Below are positions 26,100-38,660 of a DNA stretch of 64,000 bases, in pieces (the first letter of the stretch is position 1; every line of letters begins with the position of its first letter). A model generated the notes under the pieces. It was given only the letters and a program-made list of their open reading frames with translations. It was not told the origin of the DNA and made no database searches. The DNA lies in NCBI GenBank assembly GCA_001949185.1, contig BDGG01000012.1:674973-738972 (forward strand), given 5' to 3'. The DNA is from Ramazzottius varieornatus. Its lineage: Eukaryota; Animalia; Tardigrada. Position numbers and translations under genes: made by a program.

Positions 26100-28784
26100 A
26101 TGAGGAAATCCGGCAGGCCTCAGTTCTTCCGGTGGCTCATTGGATCTTTACTTGGAATACTCTGGCTTCAACCTGTAAACAGCACCTTTTCCCGACTCGG
26201 TATGAAATTGATTCCGAAAGGCAATCCTGCGTACTCTGAATGGGAGCTGGGCAAACAAAACGTACGAGATTGTCATCCCAGGTGGCGCACGTTCTCATTG
26301 TCACTGGCTGGAAGGGTGCGCCACTCAGGATAACGATGTCGTGCGTTATGTTCGCCCTGCTCCCATTTTTTCCATTATATCTCTTCACTTTTGTCCTTCT
26401 TCCAGCCTTTTTCGCCTTCAAGCTTAAAATTAACTATTCAACGAGCTATAGAATGTTTGGAGCAAAATTCTTGTGTGGTGCTTGTACCAAAAATGCACAA
26501 TATTCGTAGCCCTAGATCTGGTCTTCTCACTGTAGTTATGCCATGCGAAACACCCATCGGAGCGGGACGTTGCGTGGCTGACCGGAAGTGCTGTCAGGAT
26601 TTCGGAGGAGTAATTTTTACAAGTGAAGGCCTGGTCACACCTAAGAAAGAACTGATACAGTACAGAATTGCCGGACTAAATGCCCCAAAGGACTTCATAC
26701 CGAGTGAGCGAGAGGACTTTGACGGGCCCGGCCACATCTTCCCACGGTCAAACGCCCTTGGCTGCTCGGACTCTGAAGTCTGCTGCTTCATCCAGCCCGT
26801 CTTTGACTTCCAGAACGAAAAAGTCAAGTCGTCGTGCGACATGTGCGGTCTTCGAGGCGATGGAGACAACACAGTCAGTGCACAACCTAACCGGGAAGTC
26901 AACGTAAACATCGACATTGACCAAGAGAGCCAAGCACCGCTTGGCGGAAGGGAGTTCCCCACTGCGACAATCGCTCATTCAACCACCAAAACTACCACCA
27001 CTACAACGACAACTACAACCACAAGCACTTCTACACCATCCACCACCACGACTACCACGACCGAAAGACCACTGCCACCTAGAAAAGTTATCCCGAGGAT
27101 ATTCGATTACTCCTACAGTTTCGACTTTACGAAAATGGCTAGGATAATCGGTGGCAGTAATGCTAAAGTGAATGCAAATTGCTGGCAAGTGGCGTTGTCG
27201 AACTCCAGCGGCGTCTTTGGATCCGGAGTACTCTTGGATTACCAGACAGTCCTGACTGTCGCGCACAAAGTGGCGAACCTGAAACGATCGGATTTTATCG
27301 CGATCTTGGGAGCTTATGACTTTGCCTCAGACGAGCTATTCGCCCAGACATATTACACTTTCCCCCTGGATATTATTGTTCATCCCAAATACGATCCGAT
27401 CACTTTCGAGAACGATATCGCTATCTTGAAGATCCCTCCAGTGTCCTGTGACAAGCCGAACATTTGTACGATTTGTTTGCCTGATGCGCCGGTTGACGCG
27501 AGCGTATGCAGTACTCGAGCTATCCCCAAATCGCTTAGCGGCTCTTCGTACCGCCCATTAAAACCGGGCGAGAGTCTAATCTTTCACCGTGACGACTATC
27601 TAGACCCGAATGAAGTGTCGCAAGTGAAACTATCTTCGGGAACAGCCGCTGCACGGAATGGTCCTGTCGGGTCGGTCTGTGATCGGCGATGTGTTGTTAG
27701 CGGATGGGGCTCTACAAGAGATCAAGGTAGGCGTATGCGTAGCCGTTTGTGTCAGTCTTGACAATAGTGGAGCGCATCTTGTTTATTCTGCAGAAATTGC
27801 TACTGTCTTACAAGAAACTAAGATGGAAGTCATTAATAATCGTGACTGCGAAGCGCGCTTGAAAGCCACCGGAGTTCGGAATTACACCTTACCGGCATCA
27901 ACTTTTTGTGCACGCGCAGACAACGATGATTCAGGCACTTGTGACGTAAGTCATGACTCGGAGTCATACGTCTAATAGGGTTGCTTTCCGACGGTTCGGA
28001 GAGCTGACAGCAGCAACCTTATGAGTAATTACTCTTTTAAAGGGCGAAGAGAAGTTGTAACTTGGGAGCTCAATAAACGAACCCGACATGATCATTTTAT
28101 AGGTCACGCACTCTCCGGGCCGATAACATGCTAACGTGCGCCACTTCGAAACCGTTTGTCTAAGTGGCGCACGCTTTCAGCCAGTAATACTGGAAAAGTT
28201 AATGGCCGTCTGTATTATACATGGGTACACCAAAATTAAGCACGCGTGAGTAAAAATTCCGTTCACGTACCCAGACGTCTGTTTTCGTATAGCGAGATGG
28301 TGGTGGTCCTTTGGTTTGTCAACGAGAGGACGGACGTTGGGAGCTGACCGGCCTGACGGCTTTGGGCGTGGACCAGTGCCGGTTTGGCGATCAAGCTCCC
28401 AGCATTTTCGTCACCGTGGGTCGCTACATCGACTGGATACTCCGGGCAGGATTCACAAGGCGATCATCGACATCGTCATCGAACTCGTCACCAGCACAAG
28501 TCAACATGGTGACCAACGAACTCAAAGCTCCAGTCAAGCATCTGGAGCTACGCTCAGACCTTGAACCCTCTCCGACGACAAAAGGAAGTCCTCCGCTGGC
28601 GGTCGTGGCGACGATTGATACTCTGAACGGCAGTAGTGGTCCAAGTCCTCAACTAAAACTGTTTTCTTTCAAGGCACCTCAAGCACCTTCACTTGGGTCA
28701 GCTAGCATACCGGTGCCCAGCAAAAGTAGAAATTTGTTAGAGTTGCGGGAGCTCCGTAATGATGACATTCGTGCCGAATATTGA
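26100..28784 (+). CDS. Secreted masquerade-like serine protease homolog, non-catalytic (exons ~26100-26199, 26536-27726, 27793-27945, 28293-28784)
   Basis: Signal peptide, two CC-containing Cys motifs, Thr-rich linker, RIIGG, LTVAHK, NDIAIL, VVSGWG. The catalytic motif reads RDGGGP instead of GDSGGP. Confidence 0.88.
26242..26364. repeat. Intronic fold-back element, copy 3
   Basis: gggagctgggcaaacaaaacgtacgagattgtcatcccaggtggcgcac...gtgcgccactcaggataacgatgtcgtgcgttatgttcgccctgctccc. Confidence 0.9.
28064..28200. repeat. Intronic fold-back element, copy 4 (1.5 units)
   Basis: gggagctc...gatc...cgtgcgccacttcgaaacc followed by gtttgtctaagtggcgcacg. Confidence 0.8.
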
Positions 28785-29179
28785 GGCTATTGTAGTAACG
28801 TACAGGCTATATGAACGATCCTCTCATCAACTGAACTTGACTGCTTTCGGAACAAGAATGTCCCTGCTTTGCAAGTATTATGGAAGAATAGTTCTCTATA
28901 ACGAAAACCCTCATTGTGTGCACGTGTACCGGTCAATGGTTTTACAAAAGCGGTGCGCTCGCTCTTGGTCGTTCAAGTACAAATTAGTAAACACAAGACC
29001 AGCTAACTAGATACATCCAATTGGTCTTCACGAATACGTCTTCAGTTTGACTTATCGGCAGTGCACGTTGACGATTGATCATGATGTACGTTTGAGAAGC
29101 TGTGGGCATGTCGGTGGAAAATATACCTAGCGATGCGGGTTTGAGCTCTTCATGGGTGCGGGACAAACTTGTTCGAACT

Positions 29180-30300
29180 TATGGTATTGTTGACCTACCA
29201 GGTGAATTCGAAGTATTCCTATTCGAAGTATTCCTCGAGTTGGACATTGCAAACCAACATCGCTTGCGCCGGTAAGTAACTGCAATGTATTTTGCTATGT
29301 ACGTGCGTTCATCAATGTTGGCAGTTTTACGCGGTTCTACTGACCTTTGGCTTACTGTAGCGTATCGAGAGCATGGCTGCAAGACCTTTCCACCATACGA
29401 CTGGAGAAGGTCGTTCGTATGGATGTTTCGTGGGTTATCAGCAGCCCAAATCCAGATTTCCAGTTCGAATCGTTCACTGATCTGAAGTTCAAATCGGCGA
29501 AGAGTGCCTCGGAAAACCATCTGCAAATCTGTCAACTCTATTCGCAGTTGGTCCGATCGGTAACAGGCCGTACGAAAGTATTGCAGCTCAACTGGACTGA
29601 GTGTTTTCACGGCTACACCTTGTTCGAGTCGGCAGCGGTTTGGCTCATCCTCCGGGCACTTTTTCTCCTGGCTAAACATGTCCCGTCAGTTGGCAAAGGG
29701 GTTAAATATAACGCACCTCTTGTTGGATGGCTTCTCATGCATGGATGGGATTCATAATCTCTCGTTTTTCCATAAGTCCATAAGTCAAGACAGGTCTGGC
29801 GCAGAACCGATTTCCACTATCGCCTTCCGAAGATGTCGATTCGACTTGATCGGGCATTTCATACACTTTGATCCAAACTGGGAATTATACCCCCACGAAG
29901 ATTGTATTTTCGAGCCTCTGACTGCGGAGTATACAGCTTGGACTTTCAATCCATCACGCATTCTGCGACTGCACCAGACATCAAAACAGCTCAGAGGAAG
30001 CTTGGCCAGAGAGCTCGACCAGTGCTTTGAGCCCTTACCGCAAAACCTTTTGGACAAGGTAGCCTCCAAAGCCATACAGCTTCCGGCAGCCGCACAACTG
30101 AGGTGGAAGAGAGAACTGAAGAGGTATCCCATCCCTATCTTATTACAGTATAAAGTAGACATGTGTTCCAGGTCCTCTTTCACGTGCCAAGCGTTGCAAC
30201 AGCTGGAAAAAAATTCAGAACAACTCACAATCAATTCTTTACAACATTATATCTCTAGCGTCCAACTAGCGGTTGTCCAGTGGTCAGACAAAAGATCGCA
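29180..30300 (+). pseudogene. Frameshifted coding-like region, possibly F-box related
   Basis: Overlapping + ORFs in different frames (29347-29757, 29678-30481) look protein-like. CSVSRAW resembles the end of an F-box. Weak. Confidence 0.3.
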
Positions 30301-30758
30301 AGTTGCTCGTGGTGTTTCGACATATGGCGCAGCCCATGACGTCACGAACGATACTACCACTGGTGGCGCCGCCAAGGTGGCAAGAAGTAAACTCAATTTT
30401 TCAGATTTCTATTTTACGCATTGCCTTTTTACGCGTTTTACGCATTGCCCTGTCCCAGAAAGACTGAGCGAAGAACGATGATTGTTTGTGGCTCATGTTA
30501 CTTTCATGTTTGTGCGGCGCACAGATTAACGAAGCAGTGTTGTTTGTTTAGATTGCAGCAAGAAGAAATCGAAATAAGTGTAGCGAAAAATAACTGGTCG
30601 ATTGGTCGCGGCCTATGGTAGTCTCTTGCCAGATCAGGAGTAATGATCAGGTAAAGCTATGGAAAAAACAAATGCGGAGACATGGATCATGGAACAAGGA
30701 AAGCAGGATCCCTACGTTCGGAAAATGATCCTTTCCACGTAAGCTGGCACATGGACTA

Positions 30759-31108
30759 CACGGACGATAAGAAATTATGGGCCAGTAAAAATTGTGGACC
30801 AGCCCTTTTCGCTGTGGCGGTAAGGAAGGACGTACGTACGCGACTGATTCACACAAATACACTTATCAACAGTGTTCTACGGTTGAATTTTCATTTTGCC
30901 GTCTTTTCCGCCTGACCGATGATTGGTACACGCGCCTGTCCTAAATGTGTGCAGCAGAGCGAAAGCGACACGGGCCAGCTGAAGTCGACCAATCAGTTAA
31001 ATAAATCGGAGCAGCGCCGCTTTCGCTCCGCTACCCACATTTTTGTCCATGCCCGCATTTAGGGCAGACGCGTGTACTAGCTCATACTGTAATATCTCTT
31101 CCTGCGTG
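30759..31108. mobile_element. MITE of the 6577-6773 family with a nested second MITE (~30926-31077)
   Basis: Body matches 6601-6732, ends in tcctgcgtg|ta, and contains inner TIRs gtacacgcgcctgtcctaaatg / catttagggcagacgcgtgtac. Confidence 0.7.
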
Positions 31109-31138
31109 TAGATTAAGTGATCACTGATCAGGCGAAAG

Positions 31139-31182
31139 CAGCGCGCCACTGGGAACGTCGACGTGTTCCCAGTGGCGCGCTG
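31139..31182. repeat. Perfect 18-bp inverted repeat containing the GCGCCACT core
   Basis: cagcgcgccactgggaac-gtcgacgt-gttcccagtggcgcgctg. Confidence 0.9.
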
Positions 31183-31679
31183 TACCGGTATGTAATTGAA
31201 CCAGGTGTTCGCTGTTCTTAAAACAGAACACCGTTTGTCCCATCGGACGATTGTCTCACCCGCATAGCTACCCTTCTTCGCGGGTGAGAACTCGCCCGTC
31301 TAGCCACTTCAAATCTTTGAAAGATTAGAAAATCTAACTGAACCAATTGCATTATTGGCCTATGAATTTCAGCCTAGTCAGGAGGCAAAGTGTGCCTACA
31401 AACCTACCCCGCAAAACTCGCGCATTTCCGCTCCCGTTTCCGAGATTTTCGAAAAATTTTGCCTCACTCACGACTAATTTCCATTGATCAAGCAAACTCA
31501 AATTCTAAATCAACCGTTTGCGACATAAACAGCTCGTTTTGAGGAGGACTGTTGCATCTACTTTAGTATAGATTTGATCTATCAATTCAGTCATCAGCGA
31601 TGTAATGACATAACTGTGGATACCGGTAATCAAGGTCGTTACTAACGCAGTTGTGCACCGGCGCATGCTATTGTGAAAG

Positions 31680-31759
31680 ATTCGAAGCGATTTTCAAAGT
31701 CATACCTGGATCATGAGCAATTCGAAGCGATTTTCAAAGTCATACCTGGATCATGAGCA
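31680..31759. repeat. Exact 40-bp tandem duplication
   Basis: attcgaagcgattttcaaagtcatacctggatcatgagca twice. Confidence 0.92.
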
Positions 31760-33269
31760 CAACGACCACTAGCAACACTCATCACCCCAAATTCTTTGTG
31801 TACCACGCTTTCAGCCGCGGCTAAGAACGGCTAAAACGGCTTATTTCAGCTTCGCCCAGCCTACTTATCGAAGTGCACCCTTCATTCGGAGCTCTTTTAG
31901 CAGCACTCACTTCCTGGCTCGTGGGAATATTGAGGAGGGACGTTTCTCCTTCATCTCCGTCCTTGTGAATAAAAAGTCCTTGTAAATATAGAGTTAAGTT
32001 GCACTACCTTGAAATTGCCTTGATGAGCCATCATCAGTCCCGTCGAAGGCAGCGTTTCGATACCCCTTCTTCCTGTGGGCCATTCCTCCAGCTTTCCCAT
32101 CCATTGTCAATTCCGAAAGAGGAACGGTAGGTACGAAGCTCGAGAATCAGTAGATATTTCGTACGGAACATGAAGCTGAGATTGTCGGGAGGAAGGTACA
32201 ACAGATGATCCAGACTTCAGATGGACTGTGGCTCAGGCTCTCAGCTGTCTACAACAAGGAAGTGCTAAGCGAGTTGATTGGCAAATTAACTTGATTTGTT
32301 TTGGCTGTGCTGGGCGTGCTCTTCAGTCACTGTAGCATGGGTGGCGGTACAATAGAATCTTCAGACCAGCCCCTGACCCCCTGCACCAACTGCTGATTTG
32401 ACTGCTTTTTACAAACCACAAGACTGCAGCACGCTCGACGGTGATCAGCAGTCGAGTGGCCATCTGACGCTGTCACTTCTTACAGCCAGGTGCTGGTCTG
32501 AAGATTCTATTGCGCTGCCACCTATGCACTGTAGAACCCTGCTCTTGGCTCTAGACAGGTCGCGGGCAACTAGCTATACGCACATGCCGATCAAAGCCTA
32601 AGTAACTTGCGCCGGCACACTCGAGTGTTCACTTACACGGAAGTGACAAACCGCTGGTAAACTGGTAAACTCTTACCGGCTGAGACTCCCAAGAGTTCCT
32701 TCTGCGTGTTTCAACAACATTTGCGAGTTTAACATAATGTCTTCCGCCAGTAGCCCGCTAAGAAGTTGTCGCTTTCCTCAAACAACCTGTACACCCTTCT
32801 GGGCAGTGTCAGCGAATGTCTTCGAGGAACCTCGATGTTTTGTCCGCATATCAAAAGTCTTGACGATACCGTAAAGGTTTCCTCGCGAACGCCAACCTCC
32901 AGCGATCCTCTTAAGATTTGTAAGTTTTGAGTTTGGGAACCCGCGATCTGCTGCTTTGAGCCATCGAATTATGCTCGAACAAAGAGGGAAATCTTAATTG
33001 ACGGTAGGTCCGAAAAAATACGTGGTGCAGTCATTCTGACAAATCTCAGCCAGCTTGAGACAACCAAAAAAACAAAACAAATTTCAAAAGATATTTACCA
33101 TAAAAGTGTTTAAAACTTGAACATTTCATGCTCTTTTCCGTGTACTCAAACGGTGAAGTTTAACGTGCGCAGGATTGAAAACAAGAAGAAAAGGTATGTC
33201 CATTCAACAAGACTGGATTTGAAAATTGAGACTACAACTGCAAAGCTAATGAAAACACTGTATCGGCTC

Positions 33270-36200
33270 TTACTGCATCTGGTGTGTTTGCGGTGTAGAG
33301 TTGCGAGACGATGTGGATATTTGTAAGGGAGTGTTGGTACCTGACCGGTGCTGATACGGTTGCGACGGACTTCCATACCCATTGCTGGCATGTTGTACCT
33401 GTCCTTGTGAAAGGCTAGCTTGCTCGTTCCAGGCGCGTCCCCGTGAAGGGTCTGCCGAAGGTTGAAAGGTTTGTGCGGGGGCGTCGAAATCCGATAGAAT
33501 ATCCGAGTTGGCCACTATAAGATATTAAGGACTTCATGACATTATACGGGACGTGGGCAAATGATGTAAGCTTTGATCGTTTCTCCAATGGCGCACTTTC
33601 TCAGTCAATAACAGTTGGAAACCGTGCGCCACTTGAACAACGATCTGGCTCAAACAATTCATTTTTCCCTGTTTCATATAATCAGAGTGGACTCACTCTG
33701 ATATAATTGAACAGCTGAAACGTATGGAGGAAGGATATAGCTCGACTTACCAGACATGACGCTGCCGTAGGTGCTTCCATGCATGCTAGGTGGTCCACTG
33801 GCGTGGTACTGATGGTACGTGTATCCGAAGCCATCAATGTCCGTGACTGATGGAGCGGACTGTTGCATCATCTGCAAAGACCAATCTGTATTAAATACGT
33901 TCTCGATGGGTGTAAAATAACTCGTGCATGATGAACCTGTAGCTGATCTTGCTGGAAGTTGTCGGCTGACCGATCTGCCGTCATGTTGTAGATGGCCTTC
34001 TTCGAGTTTTGAGCTATCAGAGAACAACAGGTTACGTTTGCATGATGTTACATGTATACGAATGGAAGGAACCCTTACCGACGGACTGATTTCCGGAAGG
34101 ACCCGGTGGCAGTTGTGCGAGATTGTGAAGAAGATCAAGGAGCTCTGGCGCGAATGACTTAACCAAGCTGCTACCGTTGGCCGACGTCGTCATCTTCCCC
34201 AGAATGTCCGTAACAATGTGCCGAATGGCCCCACGGTAGCCGTCTTGCACAAAATGGTGCTGCAGAAGCTGCAACACACAAGGAAACACACATTGGATCA
34301 CTCCCGAATACAGCAGGTAATGGTCTTTAAGACCTTCTCAAAACTGTACCTGGTAGAAGACAGCGAACAGGCCGCTGCTGGAGCGACCCTGCTCTCTGAC
34401 GCACTGCAGCATCATTTCCATAACACCATGATCGTCCATCAAGGCATCAAGGCAGTCGATGGTTCCGCGAAGAATATCCACAGTCTTGACTGCTGCCACG
34501 CCTTTTTCTGTAGCCATAAACACACTTTCGGGTGACTTATGTATCTTGTCTTGCTCCGCTGGAGCAAACATCTAAAACAACAGGAGCAAGTATTTACTTG
34601 AGTCTGCGATGAGATAAGTACATTATTCAGTACGTTGGAATGACTGGGAGCTCGGCAAACAATCTCGAGAGAGTCGTTATCCCAACTGGCGCACTTTTCC
34701 GTAATCGTTGGCTCGGAACGTGCGCCACTTGGTCAAACGACCCTGTCCACTGGCGCACGTAACCATTGTTACTGGCTGAAAGTCTGCGCCACTTGATAAA
34801 ACGACCTTATCGAATTTGCTTGCTCGGCTCTCAACTCTGACTTTACCATGACATAGGTGTTATGCAGCAGGTCGAGGAGGAAGTTGAGCAACCCAGTGTT
34901 GCGTAAGAGGACGCGGTTAGTGGCATCGTTGGAAAGATTCTTGATCAAGCCAAGAAGGCCTTTCATGGTTTCCCAGTAGGCATTCTGGCCCAACAGGCCC
35001 ACGATCACTTCGATATTGTGCTGTGCACTACCAATGTACCTGACCACATTCTGAGCCAGTCTGTGCTTGTAAGTCAAATGTTTCAGTGTATTGACTGCCG
35101 CTTCAGTGATGCTAGGGTGCGCGGGCAGTTCTCGGAGGATCTTCAAAAGGTAGGGGATGATGACACCTGGAGGAGAGCCCAGAGAAAAGATGGTTTCCCT
35201 GTGGTGGGAGATGTACGTCACGTTACAGAGAATGCCCGCTGCACACATGGCTCGGGAGTGAACTTGGCCATTGGTCAGCCTTTTATCCAGCAACGGGATA
35301 GAGAAGGCGGCTAAGGGTGTGATGTCGTAGATCAGGAGAGCGGCATCGCGGGCTAACATGTCAGACAGGTTGCGCAAAGTGTACAGAATGCTGGTCATGA
35401 TAGTGTTCCTGTGCTGAGCATGAGGGCCGCCCTGTTTGTCAGCAGCGTTATGACAATCGATCAGCACACCAATACCATCTACTGCAATACCAAAAAAGAA
35501 GATAAGCTCAGCTAATGGAGCTACAGGTGTGAACAGCCCGCCTCAGCTCGCCAGCTGAACCTGCCTGTTCACATCGTAGGCACGACGAATGGGAGCCCAG
35601 CAAACAAACTCGTCCAAATCGTTTTTACAAGTGACGCGCCTTTCCGGTGAAAATAGCTGAGCGTTTGCGCCACTGAGGAAAACGATCTGGTCGAGGTTTG
35701 CCGAGCTCCGAAATGGTGCGTGCACGGCACGGCCCGTGCACGATCGGTTTTGGACAAAGTTGAATAAACTAAACGAGTTGGATGTCTTAAATGGTCGGGC
35801 CTTACCAATCTCTCCCGTGTCACGCAGGTATCGAAAATCGATGATGGCTTTCTTGCCCTCTTCCTCAGCCGAAACAGCCTTCAGTGCCTCCGAAGCGTGT
35901 TGCAGTACTTTGCCGTCCACTGGCTGGGGCTTTGTGTCCAAGACTTTGAGCAGCATGGAGTGTCCATCGGCTCGAACGATAGCTTTCTGCAACGGAACAG
36001 AAACACAGTCTCAAACTGATGAGTCTAAGTACGTGGGCGGATAATGTGTGCAGTACTCACCTTGACAGCCGCATTGCGTATGGCCAACTCTTTGAGACAA
36101 TTACAGGCTAGTATGACCCGCTTCGGACCAAGACGATCTTTGCCGGTGATGTTACTGCCCAAAAGGGGGACAAGTGCCTCCACACCACCAAAATGGATGG

Positions 36201-37898
36201 TTTGTCTCTTAACCTCGGTCTGCCGATTCAATTCCGACTGCGATGGCGAGCGCTCTTCCACAGTTAGTAGCGTGGAGAGAGTTGATACTGCGAAGTCCTG
36301 TGGACCTCGCACAGGAGTTCTACAACAACACAAAGAACACTATGCAGGAAGTCAGGAAAGGCGGCTTTAGTTATGATAGGATATTCAACTTACTTCAAAC
36401 ATTGGACCAAGGATGCCAGGTGGTTATTGGTCAACATGACACCGATGTTCTCTTTGCGTTGGACAAAGTTGTAAAAGCATCCGGCAGCGTCTTGTAGAAA
36501 CTCGGAGGAAGGAGTCTTCTGTATGGCCATGGCTATGCCGGAAAGAACATAGGCTAGCTGCTGGGCGAATATCTCTTGGTTCTCCTTCTTCTTCGACAGG
36601 TCGTACAGCATCGACAAGGCTTTCTTCGCCACCAGCTACAACCGACAAACCATCTTCATACTCATTGAAATCAGAGATACCAGCAGACACCTCATTGCAA
36701 TCCCTGTGTACGTACCTCGTCATCGTCCAGCAGTGTTTCCATCAAATACGACAGTTTGGTCGAGTCGAAAGTCAAAGCAGCGGACTGCGCAGCTGGCATC
36801 AGAGTCTGTTCTCCTGTAATAACGTAAAGACTGTAGCTTGCTAACATCCACATATTCATGCGGATTACCTTCTGTGTGGTGTGGGTTGGATGGAGTGTTG
36901 ACGGGAACGTCGTAAGGATTGTGCGCCGCGTGCTGACCAGTGTCCATTTCACCGTACAAAGAGCCCGACTGCATTACACCACAAAAAAATTATTTGGCAG
37001 TCGTGAGGAGAAAGTTTACTGGATGGAACTTACCTGGCTTGGGAGCGCCGTCTGGAAGCCCGAATCTACGACATGGTTAGGGAAGGGCTGATGCTGGATC
37101 CAGTGCTCCATATCCACATCCGGCATGCCATGTGGACCTCCCGTCGAAGTGTTGGTGCTGGGCCCGCTGGCAAAGGCAGGCATTCCATAAGTCATGGTGG
37201 TGCTTTGCTGGATAGTCTGAGACATGTATGCCGGCGGTTGGACATTGGAGTTGCGGACGGTGTTGAAGGGCGGTGGAGGAGTGGGAGCGTGGTCAGTATC
37301 CATGTCGAAGGACTGATAGGCTCCCGTGCCAGGTCCAGAACTGAACTGAGACTAAAAAGGAAACATCTTTATACAAAGTTCCCCATAAACATGTATCACG
37401 CAATGTTATTCTCACTGGTGATCTCTCGATTAAAAAGTCAAGCGAGAAATTATGCTTCAAGAGTGTGCATTGAACAGTGGGCTAATTCGATAACGAGGAG
37501 GGATGTGAGCTTACATTAGTGGGCGCCATGGACGATGCAGGCATGGCTCCATTATTAAACGGCTGATTATGGCTCCATATTTGAACATTATTCATTGCTA
37601 CGGAGAGTCCAGTCTGGTGATCCGGAATAATGTTGGGGCCAGATAGCAATTGTGATGGACCACTCGCAGTGGGTGTATATCCATCCTGAACCCGCCGAGA
37701 CACTGAAGAAAGAATCGAGCTCTGTCATTTAGTCATTATACAGGCACTGAATTAAGGTCCTTTACGAATTATCCGAACCACAATAGTCTTACCGGGGAAA
37801 AACTAAGGAGGTACATAAATAAATATTGAGCAAATCGGTGGTTGATTGTTATCCGCTGATTGACGGCCAGCTTGACCACAACGAAACTTACTCGCCAT
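33270..37898 (-). CDS. Divergent beta-catenin/armadillo-family protein, multi-exon
   Basis: Degron-like DSGFQTALPS and ARM repeats colinear with beta-catenin: LLDDDE..KKA..LSKKKE, YTLRNLSD, CAAGILCNVT, ITEAAVNTLKHLT, WETMKGLLGLIKNLS. Start is ATGGCGA|gtaagt. Confidence 0.88.
33548..33669. repeat. Intronic fold-back element, copy 5
   Basis: gatcgtttctccaatggcgcac...gtgcgccacttgaacaacgatc (33575-33645). Confidence 0.88.
34646..34832. repeat. Intronic fold-back element, copy 6 (two core units)
   Basis: gggagctcggcaaacaatctcga, two tggcgcac/tgcgccact pairs, then tcgaatttgcttgctcggctctc. Confidence 0.9.
35591..35709. repeat. Intronic fold-back element, copy 7
   Basis: gggagcccagcaaacaaactcgtccaaatcgtttt...aaaacgatctggtcgaggtttgccgagctcc. 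Confidence 0.88.
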
Positions 37899-38660
37899 GT
37901 CTTTTGGATCCACACGGTCAAACTTCCAAGAGTAAGACCTGGCGGACGGAGCTCTCCGCCGAACGACCAGATTCAATCCGTGGCCCTATATTGAAAAAAC
38001 AACGATCTCGACATGTTAGCTGCAGCAAAGTTATCCATCGGAACGTGGAGCGAACCACACGTATGCAACAGGTGCTCCGCAACTTTGGAGCTCTGTCGTT
38101 ACTGACCGAACAGTCGGACGATTTTATCCTCAACCGACATACCTGAGATTTTCACTCATCCGATGCAGAAACGGGAACGTCAGAGTCGTAAAAGACGAAG
38201 TTGTTCCTAAAGTATCCGCGGAGAGTACGCATGAGACATGAGATCGGTTCAAAGAAGCAAGAAGCACGACCAAACTTTCATCAAAGCCGAGCCCTGTCTG
38301 CCAGTCTTAACTGTGCACCCTTCAGCAGTTCGGCCAGTTCGGCGGCAAGATCAAAGGAATCTGCGCTAGATGCCTTCCCAGGTCAGTCTGCGCAGTTTCG
38401 AGCACCCATGTGCAAGTCAGGTTGATCTTATGCGGTTGAAAGGCACGTGGGCTTACAAACACTGCGCGCATAAATTGTGTATGGATACGGCATGCGCATT
38501 GGCACTTTTGGGGCGTAGACAACAGGCTGGTACAGTGTCGCACTTCGCCCAGTGCGCACCAATAAAACGTGATGGATTTGAAAATAGGAATATAATTTTT
38601 ATATATGGACCGCAAGTTCCGATTTGGTTCATCTCAATCTCAACTTCTCTCACGAGTAAC

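Noticed and set aside
31800-33000. Possible Harbinger transposase remnant on the minus strand
   Set aside because: Only a faint W..W.N.P-like match; not supportable by eye.
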